Shown in pieces: positions 1-9,318 of a DNA stretch of 64,000 bases (position 1 is its first letter; the number at the start of each line of letters is the position of its first letter). The translations under genes and the position numbers were made by a program. The stretch lies in assembly GCA_963666515.2 (NCBI GenBank), contig OY762897.2, forward strand, positions 1,440,001-1,504,000, written 5' to 3'. The DNA is from Candidatus Binatia bacterium (GTDB taxonomy: Bacteria > Desulfobacterota > Binatia > UBA9968 > JAJDTQ01). The notes under the pieces are model-generated. The model was not told where the DNA came from, made no database searches, and worked only from the letters and a program-made list of their open reading frames with translations.

Positions 1-1
1 G

Positions 2-841
2 GAACGCCTGGCCGCCATGGACACCCAGGAAATCCACACCGCGGTCATGTATCCCACCAGCGGGCTGGGCATCGGCCGCATCCGCGAGCCCGGCTACCAG
101 ACGCAGTTGTGCCGCGCCTACAACGAGTTCATCGCCGACTACTGCAAGGCGTCCCCCCGCCTCAAGGCGGTGGCGAACCTGCCGGTCAATGCCCCGGAGG
201 CCGCGGCCGAGGAGCTGCGTCACGCGGTCCAGGATCTGGGCCTCGTGGGCGGCATGCTGGCGGCCCAGGGCCACGGCAAGAACTTCGGCACGCCCGAGTA
301 CTATCCGCTGTACGAGGAGGCGCAGAAGCTCGACACGCCGCTCGCCATCCACGCCTTCGGCGGCGACGAGCCGGGCAGCGAGATCTTCGACCAGTTCATC
401 TCCATCCACACCACCGGCCACCCGTTCCCGGTGCTGCGGCAGCTCACCGGCATGATCTTCGGCGGCGTCCCCGAGATGTTTCCCGACCTGAAGCTGGGGT
501 TCCTCGAGATCGGCTGTGGCTGGATACCCTACTGGTCGGACCGGATGGACGAAGAGTGGGAGAAGCGCGGCGCGGTGGAAGCCCCCGAGTGCAAGCAGGA
601 GCCCAGCCACTACATCACCAGCAGGAACGTGTACTACGGCTGCGAGCCCGACGAGAAGACCATCGGCTACGTGGTGGGGGAGATCGGCTCCGAGACCATC
701 ATGTACGCCTCGGACTATCCTCATTGGGACATGAGCTGGCCGGAGTCCGGTTCCCTGATCTGGCAGCGGGACGACCTGTCACCGGAAGCGAAACAGAACA
801 TACTGGGCGACAACGCCCGGCGGTTCTACGGACTCGACTGA
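2..841 (+). CDS. Amidohydrolase family protein (amidohydro_2), 5'-partial
   Basis: Frame is open from window start (ERLAAMDTQEIHTAVMYPT); YNEFIADYC, LEIGCGW and YASDYPHWD motifs. Confidence 0.85.
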   Translation, partial: ERLAAMDTQEIHTAVMYPTSGLGIGRIREPGYQTQLCRAYNEFIADYCKASPRLKAVANLPVNAPEAAAEELRHAVQDLGLVGGMLAAQGHGKNFGTPEYYPLYEEAQKLDTPLAIHAFGGDEPGSEIFDQFISIHTTGHPFPVLRQLTGMIFGGVPEMFPDLKLGFLEIGCGWIPYWSDRMDEEWEKRGAVEAPECKQEPSHYITSRNVYYGCEPDEKTIGYVVGEIGSETIMYASDYPHWDMSWPESGSLIWQRDDLSPEAKQNILGDNARRFYGLD

Positions 842-845
842 GGGA

Positions 846-1604
846 GTGAATTCGATGGCATTGTCCGGCGAAGCCTTTGTACAGGAAATCCAGGAAGCGG
901 TCCGCGCCAAGCACTCCAAGGACAACCCCTTGATCGGGATGATCGAAAGGGGCGAGATCGATCGGGAGGCGCTCAAGGGGTTCGTGGGCCAGTTCTACCT
1001 CTTCTTCCCCAAGCCCTTTCCCAAGCCCATCGCGGCCATGCTCGGGCGCTGCCCCGACGACCCCGAGCTGGAAAGGATGTGGATCGAGAACGTGGTGGAG
1101 GAGGGCACCGGCGAAATCTCCGGGACCGACAGCCATCGGGGCCTCTTCATTCGTTTCGCCATGTCCTGCGGTTACGAGTCCAAGGCGGAGCTGGACTCGG
1201 TCCAGCCGCTGCCGGAGACTTCCGCGTTCCTCGACTGGCGAGAGCTGCTCATGTACCAGCGCTCGTGGCTGGAACTCTTCGCATGCCAGGGCTTCTGCCT
1301 GGAAGGGACCGCCAGCGAGCGCATGAGCCGCATCGTCACCGGCCTCACGACGCACTACGGCTTCGACCGCGAGAGCGAGGACATCCGCTACTGGACCCTC
1401 CACATGGGAGTGGACGAAGAACACATGAAGGTGGGTCCCGAGGCCGTGCGGAAGTACGCCGTCACCGATCAGCAACAGGAGACGGTGCGCCAGTCGATCC
1501 ACAAGACCCTGGACCAGTTCTGGCTGGCGTTCGACGGCATCAAGCGGGCCTTCGTGGACAAGGACCCGATCTACGCCGGCTGGCGTAACGGCAGTTCCGC
1601 CTGA
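846..1604 (+). CDS. Heme-oxygenase-like (TenA/PqqC/CADD-type) diiron redox protein
   Basis: ENVVEEG...H, CLEG and HMGVDEEH ligand pattern; GGAG RBS. Confidence 0.7.
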   Translation: MNSMALSGEAFVQEIQEAVRAKHSKDNPLIGMIERGEIDREALKGFVGQFYLFFPKPFPKPIAAMLGRCPDDPELERMWIENVVEEGTGEISGTDSHRGLFIRFAMSCGYESKAELDSVQPLPETSAFLDWRELLMYQRSWLELFACQGFCLEGTASERMSRIVTGLTTHYGFDRESEDIRYWTLHMGVDEEHMKVGPEAVRKYAVTDQQQETVRQSIHKTLDQFWLAFDGIKRAFVDKDPIYAGWRNGSSA

Positions 1605-1643
1605 TACCCGGTCGAACCCGTCAAGCCCTCAGGATACACGACC

Positions 1644-2294
1644 ATGTCCATGATCGATCTCTCGCGGATAATCTACGACGGCATGCCCAAGATTCCGGTG
1701 CTGCCGGACGTGCACGTGCAGCGGTTCTTCGACCTCGGCAAGGGCCATCCGCTGAACGTCACCGAGATTAACCTGCCGTGTCACGCCGGCACCCACGTGG
1801 ACGCCCCGGTCCACATCGTCCCGGACGGCAAGTCCATCGAGGAGCTGTCCCTGGACGCCTTCGTCGGCCCCGGCGCCGTCATCTCGGTGGAGAAGAGCGG
1901 GGGGGAGGAAGTCACCGCCGCGGACCTCGAAGCCTCGGGCGTCACGGTCGAGCGCGGCGACATCCTCATGCTGCACACCGGATGGGACGAGAAATTCGAA
2001 AGTGATGAGTACAATATGCACCCCTATCTGTCCGTCGACGCGGCGGAATGGATCGTCGAGCACGGGGTGAAGCTATTCGGCATCGACTGCATCACGGTGG
2101 ACCTGCCGACCCCGTTGCGGCCCAAGGGGTTCGACTTCCCGGTGCACCGGACGCTGCTGGGGAACGACGTCCTGATCGCCGAAAACGTGACCAATCTCGC
2201 GGCCATCGCGGGCCGGAAGAGCCGCATCATGGCGCTGCCGCTCAAGGTGCAGGGAAGCGACGCGGCCCATGCCCGGATCGTCGCTGAGGTCTAG
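1644..2294 (+). CDS. Cyclase / kynurenine formamidase-like protein
   Basis: HAGTHVDAPVH, LHTGW, GIDC and IAENV motifs. Confidence 0.9.
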   Translation: MSMIDLSRIIYDGMPKIPVLPDVHVQRFFDLGKGHPLNVTEINLPCHAGTHVDAPVHIVPDGKSIEELSLDAFVGPGAVISVEKSGGEEVTAADLEASGVTVERGDILMLHTGWDEKFESDEYNMHPYLSVDAAEWIVEHGVKLFGIDCITVDLPTPLRPKGFDFPVHRTLLGNDVLIAENVTNLAAIAGRKSRIMALPLKVQGSDAAHARIVAEV

Positions 2295-2331
2295 CGTCCC
2301 GTCCGCTTCGTTCCCATGACAAGGTGAAGGT

Positions 2332-3297
2332 ATGCTGGCAAGCCCCATCAGAGGAATCATCGGCGCGGCGCTGACCCCGTTCACGGACGACGGGAAGGTC
2401 GATTACGACGCCCTCGCGCGCGAGATCGAATTTCTCGTGGCCGACTGCGACGCCATCTCCGTGGTGGCCGTCGAAGCCTCGGAATACACGGTGCTGTCCC
2501 TCCAGGAGCGCAAGGAGGTCATGGGGCGCGCCACCGAGATCGTCAACAAGCGCGTGCCGGTCATCCTCGGGGCGTCGAGCCATTCCATCGAGACGGTTCT
2601 CGACCTGGCGGACCATGCCGCCGCGGTGGGCGGCGACCTCATCCAGGTGCTCATGCCCATCCGCCCGTGGGGAGGCCAGCCCACCATCGCGGACCTGGTG
2701 CAATTCTTCACCGAGGTGGCGTCGGTCAGCCCGCTGCCCATCGTCGCCTATCACAACCCCGGCCCGGGCGCCGATCCGCCGCTGGACGCCTTCGTGCGGC
2801 TGAGCGAGCTGGAGAAGGTGGACTACTTCAAGGAAAGCTCGCGCGACATCACCAAGATCACGCGACTCATCGAGCAGGTCCACTTGGCCGGCAAGGCCAA
2901 CTACTTCACCACCATGCAGCCGCTCTTGACGACGCTCATGATGGGCGGCGCCGGCGCCACCATGCCGCCGCCGGGCACGCGCATCGGCGCCAGGGTGGTG
3001 CGCGCCTTCCGGGAGGGCGACATCGACAAGGCGCGCTACTGGCAGCGCTGTTTCACGTTGTTCCCGGGAAAGTGGGGCGCCTACGGGCTGCCGCCGATCA
3101 TGAAGTCGGCGCTCAAGCACTTCGGCGTGGACATCGGCGATCCGGCCCGGCCGTACGCTCCGGTGAATCCTCGGGACCATGCCCAGATCGGTCAGTTCCT
3201 GGGCCAGATCGGCATCCTGGGGGACGCAGAGCCGGACGAAGCGGCCTTCGACCAGGCCGCGGACCAGCTTGCCCAGGAAGACACCTTCCTTCGTTAG
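2332..3297 (+). CDS. Dihydrodipicolinate synthase-family aldolase/lyase
   Basis: ALTPFTDDGKVD, YHNP and Schiff-base KESS motifs. Confidence 0.85.
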   Translation: MLASPIRGIIGAALTPFTDDGKVDYDALAREIEFLVADCDAISVVAVEASEYTVLSLQERKEVMGRATEIVNKRVPVILGASSHSIETVLDLADHAAAVGGDLIQVLMPIRPWGGQPTIADLVQFFTEVASVSPLPIVAYHNPGPGADPPLDAFVRLSELEKVDYFKESSRDITKITRLIEQVHLAGKANYFTTMQPLLTTLMMGGAGATMPPPGTRIGARVVRAFREGDIDKARYWQRCFTLFPGKWGAYGLPPIMKSALKHFGVDIGDPARPYAPVNPRDHAQIGQFLGQIGILGDAEPDEAAFDQAADQLAQEDTFLR

Positions 3298-3303
3298 GCG
3301 CCC

Positions 3304-3513
3304 ATGTCCGGCGGACTGTTCACGTGGATCGCGGAGCCGATCAAGGCATGCTCCGATTTTCTGGTGCTGCTCCTGATCCGCGGCACTTCGCGGTTCGAGT
3401 CCGAGCTGACCGAGGAAGGGCGGCAGGAACAGCGCATGTGGCGGGACCGCCGCATGCGCAGCCTCAAGGGCCTCGCGCTTCGCGCCAGGCGGCGACAGCA
3501 GAAGGCTTCCTGA
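3304..3513 (+). CDS. Small hypothetical protein
   Basis: Fills the operon gap with GC-typical codon use; no recognisable motif. Confidence 0.4.
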   Translation: MSGGLFTWIAEPIKACSDFLVLLLIRGTSRFESELTEEGRQEQRMWRDRRMRSLKGLALRARRRQQKAS

Positions 3514-3547
3514 CGGTCACGGGCTTCACGGCGCAACGGGATCAGGG

Positions 3548-4705
3548 ATGCACTACCACAACGGACGCAAACAGATCGTCGTGCTCGGCGGCGGCAGCGG
3601 CGGCGTCGTCGCCGCCACCAAGCTCGGCCGCGCCCTGGGAGCGGACCATGACGTGATCCTCATCGACCGCCGGGCCGATCACGTCTTCATGCCGGCGTTC
3701 CTGTTCCTGATGGTGGGGCAGCGGCGCCCCGAAGACATCACGCGGAAGCTCAAGCGCCTGGAGAAACGCAACATCCGGGTGCTCCAGGCCGAGATACTGG
3801 GGATCGATCCCGCCCGCAGGCAGGTCATCCTCGAAAGCACCGCGATCCCGTACGACTACCTGATCGTGTCCCTGGGCCTCGACGTCAGGCCCGACCTGCT
3901 TCCCGGCTTTGCCGAAGGCGCTGACCACCCCTGGGAGATGGACGCGGCCGTGCGTCTCAAGAGCACCCTCGACGGTTTCCGCGAGGGCCGCGTGCTGGTG
4001 GGCATTCCGCAGGGACCCTACCGCTGTCCGCCCGCTCCATACGAGGCCCAGTGGATGCTGGACAGCTACTTCAAGGAGCGGAACACCCGCGACCTGGTGG
4101 ACCTGCAGTACTTCACCCGGGAGCCCGAGCCCGCCGGCGAGGAGCACGTGCCCTCGGTATGGATGGACGCCCAAAGCAAGAAGCGCAACGTTACCATCCA
4201 CTACGACTTCGTCGCGCAGTCCATCGACGCGGAGAAAAAGACGGTCAAGGGCCTCTACGGCTACGAGCTGTCCTACGACCTGCTGATGATGGTGCCGCCG
4301 CACCGGCCTTCCAGGGTGCTCTACGACTGCGGGCTGGCGGAAAAGGAAACCGGCATCCAGGTGGACTACGACACCCTGGAGACCAAGTGGGAGGACGTCT
4401 ACGCCATCGGCGACTGCGCCGACATGCCGGCCTCCAAGGCCGGCGGCGTGGCGCACCAGGAGGCCGACGTGGTGGCGGAGAACCTGGTGGCGGAGATCAC
4501 CGGGGAAGGGGAGCTGTCCACCCTGCACCTGCACACCATATGACTGCTCTCCTGCGGCGCGGGACGCGCCGCCGCCAACCGCACGACGTACCCCCAGGGT
4601 TGGCCGCCCTTCGGCGCCACCAACTCGCGCTCCTGGGGTCCTTCGCGGATGATCTACTGGAGCAAGGTCCTGTTCGAGAAGTGGTGGCTATGGCGCTACT
4701 TCTGA
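3548..4705 (+). CDS. Sulfide:quinone oxidoreductase-like FAD protein, probable selenoprotein (TGA 4541-4543 read as Sec; 385 aa)
   Basis: GGGSGG FAD motif, YRCPPAPYE, YAIGDC; frame continues past the TGA to an SQR-like C-terminal helix (WSKVLFEKWWLWRYF). Confidence 0.8.
4554..4572 (+). promoter_or_regulatory. Putative bacterial SECIS hairpin
   Basis: GCGGCGCG-GGA-CGCGCCGC: perfect 8-bp stem, G-first loop, starting 11 nt after the UGA. Confidence 0.65.
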
Positions 4706-4723
4706 CCTGCTGACGGCACGGCC

Positions 4724-5761
4724 ATGATCGTTCGCGAGCTTAACGGCGAAAGCTGCAAGACCTACCTGGTCGCCGACGAGGACAGGGGACACGCGGTGCT
4801 GGTTGATCCCCTTTACGCCCACGTCGACCGCTATCTCGCGGTGCTCGCGTACCACCGGCTCCAGCTCGACCTGGTCATCGACACCCACACGCACGCCGAT
4901 CATCTCAGCGGGTGCCCGCAACTGCGTTTCCTGGTCGGGTCCCGGTTCGCCATGCAGAAATGGGCGCCGAGCCCGGCCGTAGACGTCCATCTGGAAGAGG
5001 GCGACGTGATCCCCGTCGGCGATCTCGTGGTGCGCGTTCTCCACACTCCCGGACACACGCCCGACGGCATGAGTCTGCTGGTGGAAGGGAACGTGCTCAC
5101 GGGCGACACGCTGTTCATCGGCGGTTCCGGACGCACCGACTTCGCCGGAGGCGACGCCGGCGCCCAGTTCGACGCCGTGACCCGCAAACTCTTCACGCTC
5201 CCGGACGACACCGTGGTCCGTCCGGGCCACGACTACCGCGGCAACACCTCGTCCACCATCGGCCGGGAGAAACAGACCAACCCGCGGCTCGCGAACCGCA
5301 CCCGCGAAGAATACATCGACCTCATGAACAACCTGGGGCTCTCGCCACCTCAGAACATCCAGGAGGTCCTGCAACCCAACCAGTCCGCCCTCGGTTGCGG
5401 AGAGATCAACTTTCCGGACTGGAGCGAGTTGAAGAAGGTCCGCGAAATCGACGTGACCGCGCTGCAAGGGATGATGGCCTCGGAAAACCGCCCGCTGCTG
5501 GTGGACGTCCGCGAGCCCGCCGAGTACTCCGGCGACCTCGGCCATCTGCCCGGCAGCGTGCTGATCCCGCTCCGGGAACTCATGATCCGCCTGGACGAAA
5601 TCGACGGGAACCGGGCCGGTCCCGTGGTTACCGTGTGCCGCGCCGGCATGCGTAGCGCCACCGCCGCGGCCATCCTCGGCAGGTCCGGCTTCACCGACGT
5701 CTCCAACTTGGCCGGCGGCGTCCTCGCCTGGAACGAGGCCGGCCTGCCGGTGGAACGGTAG
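4724..5761 (+). CDS. Persulfide dioxygenase (ETHE1-like MBL fold) - rhodanese fusion
   Basis: THTHADH, TPGHTP, TGDTLF, GRTDF and PGHDY motifs; C-terminal DVREPAE...CRAGMRS rhodanese. Confidence 0.9.
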   Translation: MIVRELNGESCKTYLVADEDRGHAVLVDPLYAHVDRYLAVLAYHRLQLDLVIDTHTHADHLSGCPQLRFLVGSRFAMQKWAPSPAVDVHLEEGDVIPVGDLVVRVLHTPGHTPDGMSLLVEGNVLTGDTLFIGGSGRTDFAGGDAGAQFDAVTRKLFTLPDDTVVRPGHDYRGNTSSTIGREKQTNPRLANRTREEYIDLMNNLGLSPPQNIQEVLQPNQSALGCGEINFPDWSELKKVREIDVTALQGMMASENRPLLVDVREPAEYSGDLGHLPGSVLIPLRELMIRLDEIDGNRAGPVVTVCRAGMRSATAAAILGRSGFTDVSNLAGGVLAWNEAGLPVER

Positions 5762-5825
5762 CCTCGCCGTCGTATGACCGAAAGCCGACCAAGTCAAGCC
5801 ATCCAGGAATACCCCCGTACCGGTC

Positions 5826-6164
5826 ATGCCGAGGAAACCGAAACGCCGACGCCGTTATCCCGACTGGGAGAACACCTGTAACTACTGCCTCCACCTTCAG
5901 TCCGTACCCGGCAGCGCAGGTTCCGGAAACTGCACCTTCCACCGCCAGTGGATCCACCGGTCCGCGTTCAGCACCTGCAGCGACATGAGCGCGCAGCCGC
6001 TGGAGAAGGGCATCTACACCCTGAGCACCAGCGCTTACGGCACATGGAACTACCACCGCCGCCGCGAGCGCGTCAGAGCCCGCCTGTTCCTTGTCCAGGG
6101 CGGAGCAGACGGCACCCGACCTCGGGACACCGAGAACCCCACACGCACCAAGAAACGCGGATAA
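5826..6164 (+). CDS. Hypothetical Cys/His-rich protein
   Basis: CNYCLH...CTFH...C possible metal-binding pattern. Confidence 0.5.
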   Translation: MPRKPKRRRRYPDWENTCNYCLHLQSVPGSAGSGNCTFHRQWIHRSAFSTCSDMSAQPLEKGIYTLSTSAYGTWNYHRRRERVRARLFLVQGGADGTRPRDTENPTRTKKRG

Positions 6165-6214
6165 CCGGATAGGGGAGAGTTCGCCGGATAAGGGCGGGTC
6201 CGCAGCGAGCATCC

Positions 6215-6274
6215 TATATTATGTCAGCTTCCGTATCGGCGCAGAGCCGCCGATACGGAAGTTGACATAATATA
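6215..6274. repeat. 26-bp inverted repeat duplicating the XerD arm of dif
   Basis: TATATTATGTCAGCTTCCGTATCGGC (6215-6240) pairs with 6249-6274, one mismatch. Confidence 0.85.
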
Positions 6275-6287
6275 CATTATCAGACAT
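6260..6287 (-). other. dif-like XerCD recombination site
   Basis: Minus strand ATGTCTGATAA-TGTATA-TTATGTCAACT versus E. coli dif GGTGCGCATAA-TGTATA-TTATGTTAAAT; genes converge on it. Confidence 0.8.
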
Positions 6288-6373
6288 TGTGTTTGTGTGC
6301 TCAGAGCAGGTGCACGGACCTCTGACAACGCGGGATAAGGGAGTGATGCCGTCGTGGAGAACGGCGACGGACG

Positions 6374-7072
6374 TTACGGCGTCGTGGCCTTTTCGGGGGG
6401 GTTACCGGCTCCGGCTTCCAGACGTTGGAGTTGCAACGCGATCTCTACGGTCTCGTCTTCGGGAAATTCCTTGAGGTATGCTTTGTAACCGGCTACTGCA
6501 TCTTGTGTTTTACCGAGCCGTGTATTGCAGCGCGCTTTGCCCAGCATGGCTTCCTGCCGCAACGGTCCCTGGTGATCCAGAGCCCGGCTCAGGGACTGAA
6601 CGGCGTCTTCGCAGGCGCCTTCCATTTCCTGGGCCAGACCGAGGGTGACCAGCCCCACTTGGGTCAGGAACCCGTCACCGCCTCCAGACACGTTGCCGCC
6701 AAGCGTTTCGACGGCCTTCCCGGGCTGATCCAGCGCGATGTAGCTGTTGGCGATGTAGAGGTTCGCGAGCGTGTCGTAGGGCGCTTGGCCTCGGTCCTTG
6801 AGGTTTCGGAACGAGTCGAGGGCCGCATCGTACCGCCCTGCCTGATAATTCCTGAGCCCCTGGTTGTACTCCTGGAACGCCAGGTCCCGCTGGTAACCGC
6901 GATAGTACTGCCAACCCACCACCACGACCGCAACCGCCACGACGGTCGCCGCCGCACCTATCAACTGCGTCCGGTAGGCCCGAAACAGGTCGAGAGCCCG
7001 GCCCATCAGCACCATGAAGCGGTCCGGTTGACGGATGTCCTTTCGCAGAATGCGTTTTCGCGGCGCGGCCAT
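6374..7072 (-). CDS. Membrane-anchored TPR protein (YfgM-like)
   Basis: N-terminal TM segment followed by TPR-like helices. Confidence 0.75.
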   Translation of the reverse strand: MAAPRKRILRKDIRQPDRFMVLMGRALDLFRAYRTQLIGAAATVVAVAVVVVGWQYYRGYQRDLAFQEYNQGLRNYQAGRYDAALDSFRNLKDRGQAPYDTLANLYIANSYIALDQPGKAVETLGGNVSGGGDGFLTQVGLVTLGLAQEMEGACEDAVQSLSRALDHQGPLRQEAMLGKARCNTRLGKTQDAVAGYKAYLKEFPEDETVEIALQLQRLEAGAGNPPEKATTP

Positions 7073-7096
7073 ACCTACAGATTCTCCAGTGCTTTC

Positions 7097-7612
7097 TTAC
7101 ATCTTGTACTTGAAGTCGTCGGGCGACATCTTGTCCAGGATCTCGCCCCACTTCTCCTTGGAGACGCTGGAGAAGTTCGGGTCCTTCCCCTCTTCCGTCT
7201 GCTGCAGCACGCTCGACTGCTCCAGCACTTCCTTCGCGACGTAGATGGGGGTCTTGCTCCGCAGCGCCATGGCAATGGCGTCGCTCGGGCGTGAGTCCAT
7301 CATCACCTCACGGCCCCCCACGAGCAGGGTTATGACCGCGTAGTACGTGTTCTCCTTCAACTCGGTGATGGCCACCCTCTTCACCTCCCCGCCCAGTTCG
7401 GCGAGCACGTTCTTGAACAGGTCATGCGTCATGGGGCGCGCCATCTTGATGCCTTCCAGTTCCGTGGCCATGGCGGTGGCCTCCAGCAGACCGATCCAGA
7501 TGGGTAGCTGCAGCTTGTTCTCGGAGTCCTTCAAGACCACGATGGGCGTCCGAGTGACCTGGTCGAGCGTCAGTCCCGCCACGGTCATCTCGATAGCGTC
7601 AGGACCCTTCAT
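7097..7612 (-). CDS. Bifunctional nuclease family protein (DUF151)
   Basis: LPIWIG, RPMTHDL and DSRPSDAIA motifs; ATG overlaps the miaB stop. Confidence 0.9.
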   Translation of the reverse strand: MKGPDAIEMTVAGLTLDQVTRTPIVVLKDSENKLQLPIWIGLLEATAMATELEGIKMARPMTHDLFKNVLAELGGEVKRVAITELKENTYYAVITLLVGGREVMMDSRPSDAIAMALRSKTPIYVAKEVLEQSSVLQQTEEGKDPNFSSVSKEKWGEILDKMSPDDFKYKM

Positions 7613-8946
7613 CACATGACCTCCCTTGCTTCGACGGCCTCGCCCACCAGTGAATTCGGCGTGGCATCGATAACCCGCACCCGCGCCATCTCGTCCGGCA
7701 CCGTGGCTTCGTCGGGCGTGAAATTGACGATCCGGTTGGTCCGGGTCCGGCCCATGAGCTGATCCCTGCCCAGCCGCGACGGTCCTTCCACGAGGACCTC
7801 CTGATCCGTGCCGATCAGGCTCCGGTTCTTCCGAAGGGAAATGCCCTTCTGCAACTCTTGCAGCCTCCGGCAACGTTCCCCCTTCACCTCGTCCGGGACG
7901 TCGTCGCGGTACACCTTGGCCGCCACCGTGCGGGGTCGCGGCGAATAGGTGAAGGTGAACATGTCGTCGTACTCGATTTCCCGAACGATGGACAAGGTCT
8001 CCTCGAACTCCACCTCGGTTTCACCCGGAAATCCTACGATCATGTCCGTGGTGACGGCAACCTCTGGCCGGCGCTGTCGCAGCGACCGGATCCGTTCCAT
8101 GTACTCGTCCAGCCGGTAGCCACGGCGCATGCGCCCCAGCACCGCATCGGAGCCGGACTGAAGCGGCAGATGAAGGTGCTCACAGAGGTTTTCCAGCCGG
8201 ACGAAGGCGTCCACCAGCTCCGGCGAGAGGTCCTGCGGGTGCGACGTCGTAAAGCGGATCCGCTGGATGCCGGGGATGTCGTTCACCCGCTCCAGCAACT
8301 CCGGGAACGATCTCTCCCCTTCCGCGGTCCGGCCGTAGGAGTTGACGTTCTGGCCCAGCAGCATCACTTCCTTGACGCCCTGCCGCACCAGCGCCTCCAC
8401 GTCCCGGACGATGTTCTCGCTGGGGCGGCTCACCTCTCGCCCGCGCACGCGCGGGACGATGCAGAAGCTGCAGACCTTGTTGCACCCCTGCATGATGGTG
8501 ACGTAGGCTTTGGCCCCGTCGGTCTCGGGCAGCCCAGACGGATTCTCCAGGTAGAACGGATCGCGGTAAAAGGCCGTTTCCACCGAGCGCCGGGCGGCCT
8601 CCCGCGCCTCCTCCACCATTTCCGGCAGCTTGTGCATGTTGTGGGTGCCGAACACGAGGTCCAGGTGCGGCGCCCGCCGCAGCAGCGTCTCCCCTTCCTG
8701 CTGGGCCACGCACCCGCCCACGCCCAGGATGACGCCCTTCTCTTCCTTGAGCCCGCGCCACCGTCCCAGTGCGCTATAGACCTTCTGCTCCGCCTTGTCC
8801 CGCACGCTGCAGGTATTCAGGATGATGAGATCCGCGTCGTCCGCGCTGTCGGTAGGCTCATAGTCCGCGGACTTCATGAGCTGCACGATCCGAGCCGAGT
8901 CGAGCTGGTTCATCTGGCAGCCCCAGGTTTGCACGTAGAGTTTCAT
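7612..8946 (-). CDS. miaB: tRNA-2-methylthio-N6-dimethylallyladenosine synthase
   Basis: TWGCQMN, NTCSVR, CNKVCSFC radical-SAM motif, C-terminal TRAM domain. Confidence 0.95.
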   Translation of the reverse strand: MKLYVQTWGCQMNQLDSARIVQLMKSADYEPTDSADDADLIILNTCSVRDKAEQKVYSALGRWRGLKEEKGVILGVGGCVAQQEGETLLRRAPHLDLVFGTHNMHKLPEMVEEAREAARRSVETAFYRDPFYLENPSGLPETDGAKAYVTIMQGCNKVCSFCIVPRVRGREVSRPSENIVRDVEALVRQGVKEVMLLGQNVNSYGRTAEGERSFPELLERVNDIPGIQRIRFTTSHPQDLSPELVDAFVRLENLCEHLHLPLQSGSDAVLGRMRRGYRLDEYMERIRSLRQRRPEVAVTTDMIVGFPGETEVEFEETLSIVREIEYDDMFTFTYSPRPRTVAAKVYRDDVPDEVKGERCRRLQELQKGISLRKNRSLIGTDQEVLVEGPSRLGRDQLMGRTRTNRIVNFTPDEATVPDEMARVRVIDATPNSLVGEAVEAREVM

Positions 8947-9141
8947 GGCTCGCTGGTTGCAGGAAACGATGAGATTTACCGCATGTTCGGTTCGCCGCAA
9001 CGTGGAGCCAGTATTTCACAGTTCGGAGGGTTTCGCCATCACCCGATGTTCGAGACCCCGTAGACACGCCACACCAGACAGGCGCCTTTCCGAGCATCCC
9101 GACACACAGGGCCGGCTCCTCGGTCGTGAATGGAGAAGGAC

Positions 9142-9174
9142 AAAAAGGGGCGGTAGGCTGGACCCCTACCCCCC
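9142..9174 (-). terminator. Possible intrinsic terminator
   Basis: GGGG-C-GGTAGG/CCTACC-CCCC stem with an adjacent A-tract (U-tract on minus), downstream of 9319..11352. Confidence 0.35.
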
Positions 9175-9318
9175 TGCGCAAATCGTGTCGAATCTTCCGC
9201 TTATCCCTTCATGGGACATTCAGGCCGAGCGGTTTCCTGGAGGGTGATGGATCAGATGGTTTCGGACCTCGCCGTCCTGCCACTCGGTCTCGCGTCGAGC
9301 CTTTGATGGTGATGCCAG

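Noticed and set aside
3548-4543. SQR-like gene as a complete 331-aa ORF or a nonsense pseudogene
   Set aside because: The downstream frame is intact with family-typical sequence and a SECIS-like hairpin; read-through fits better, though unproven
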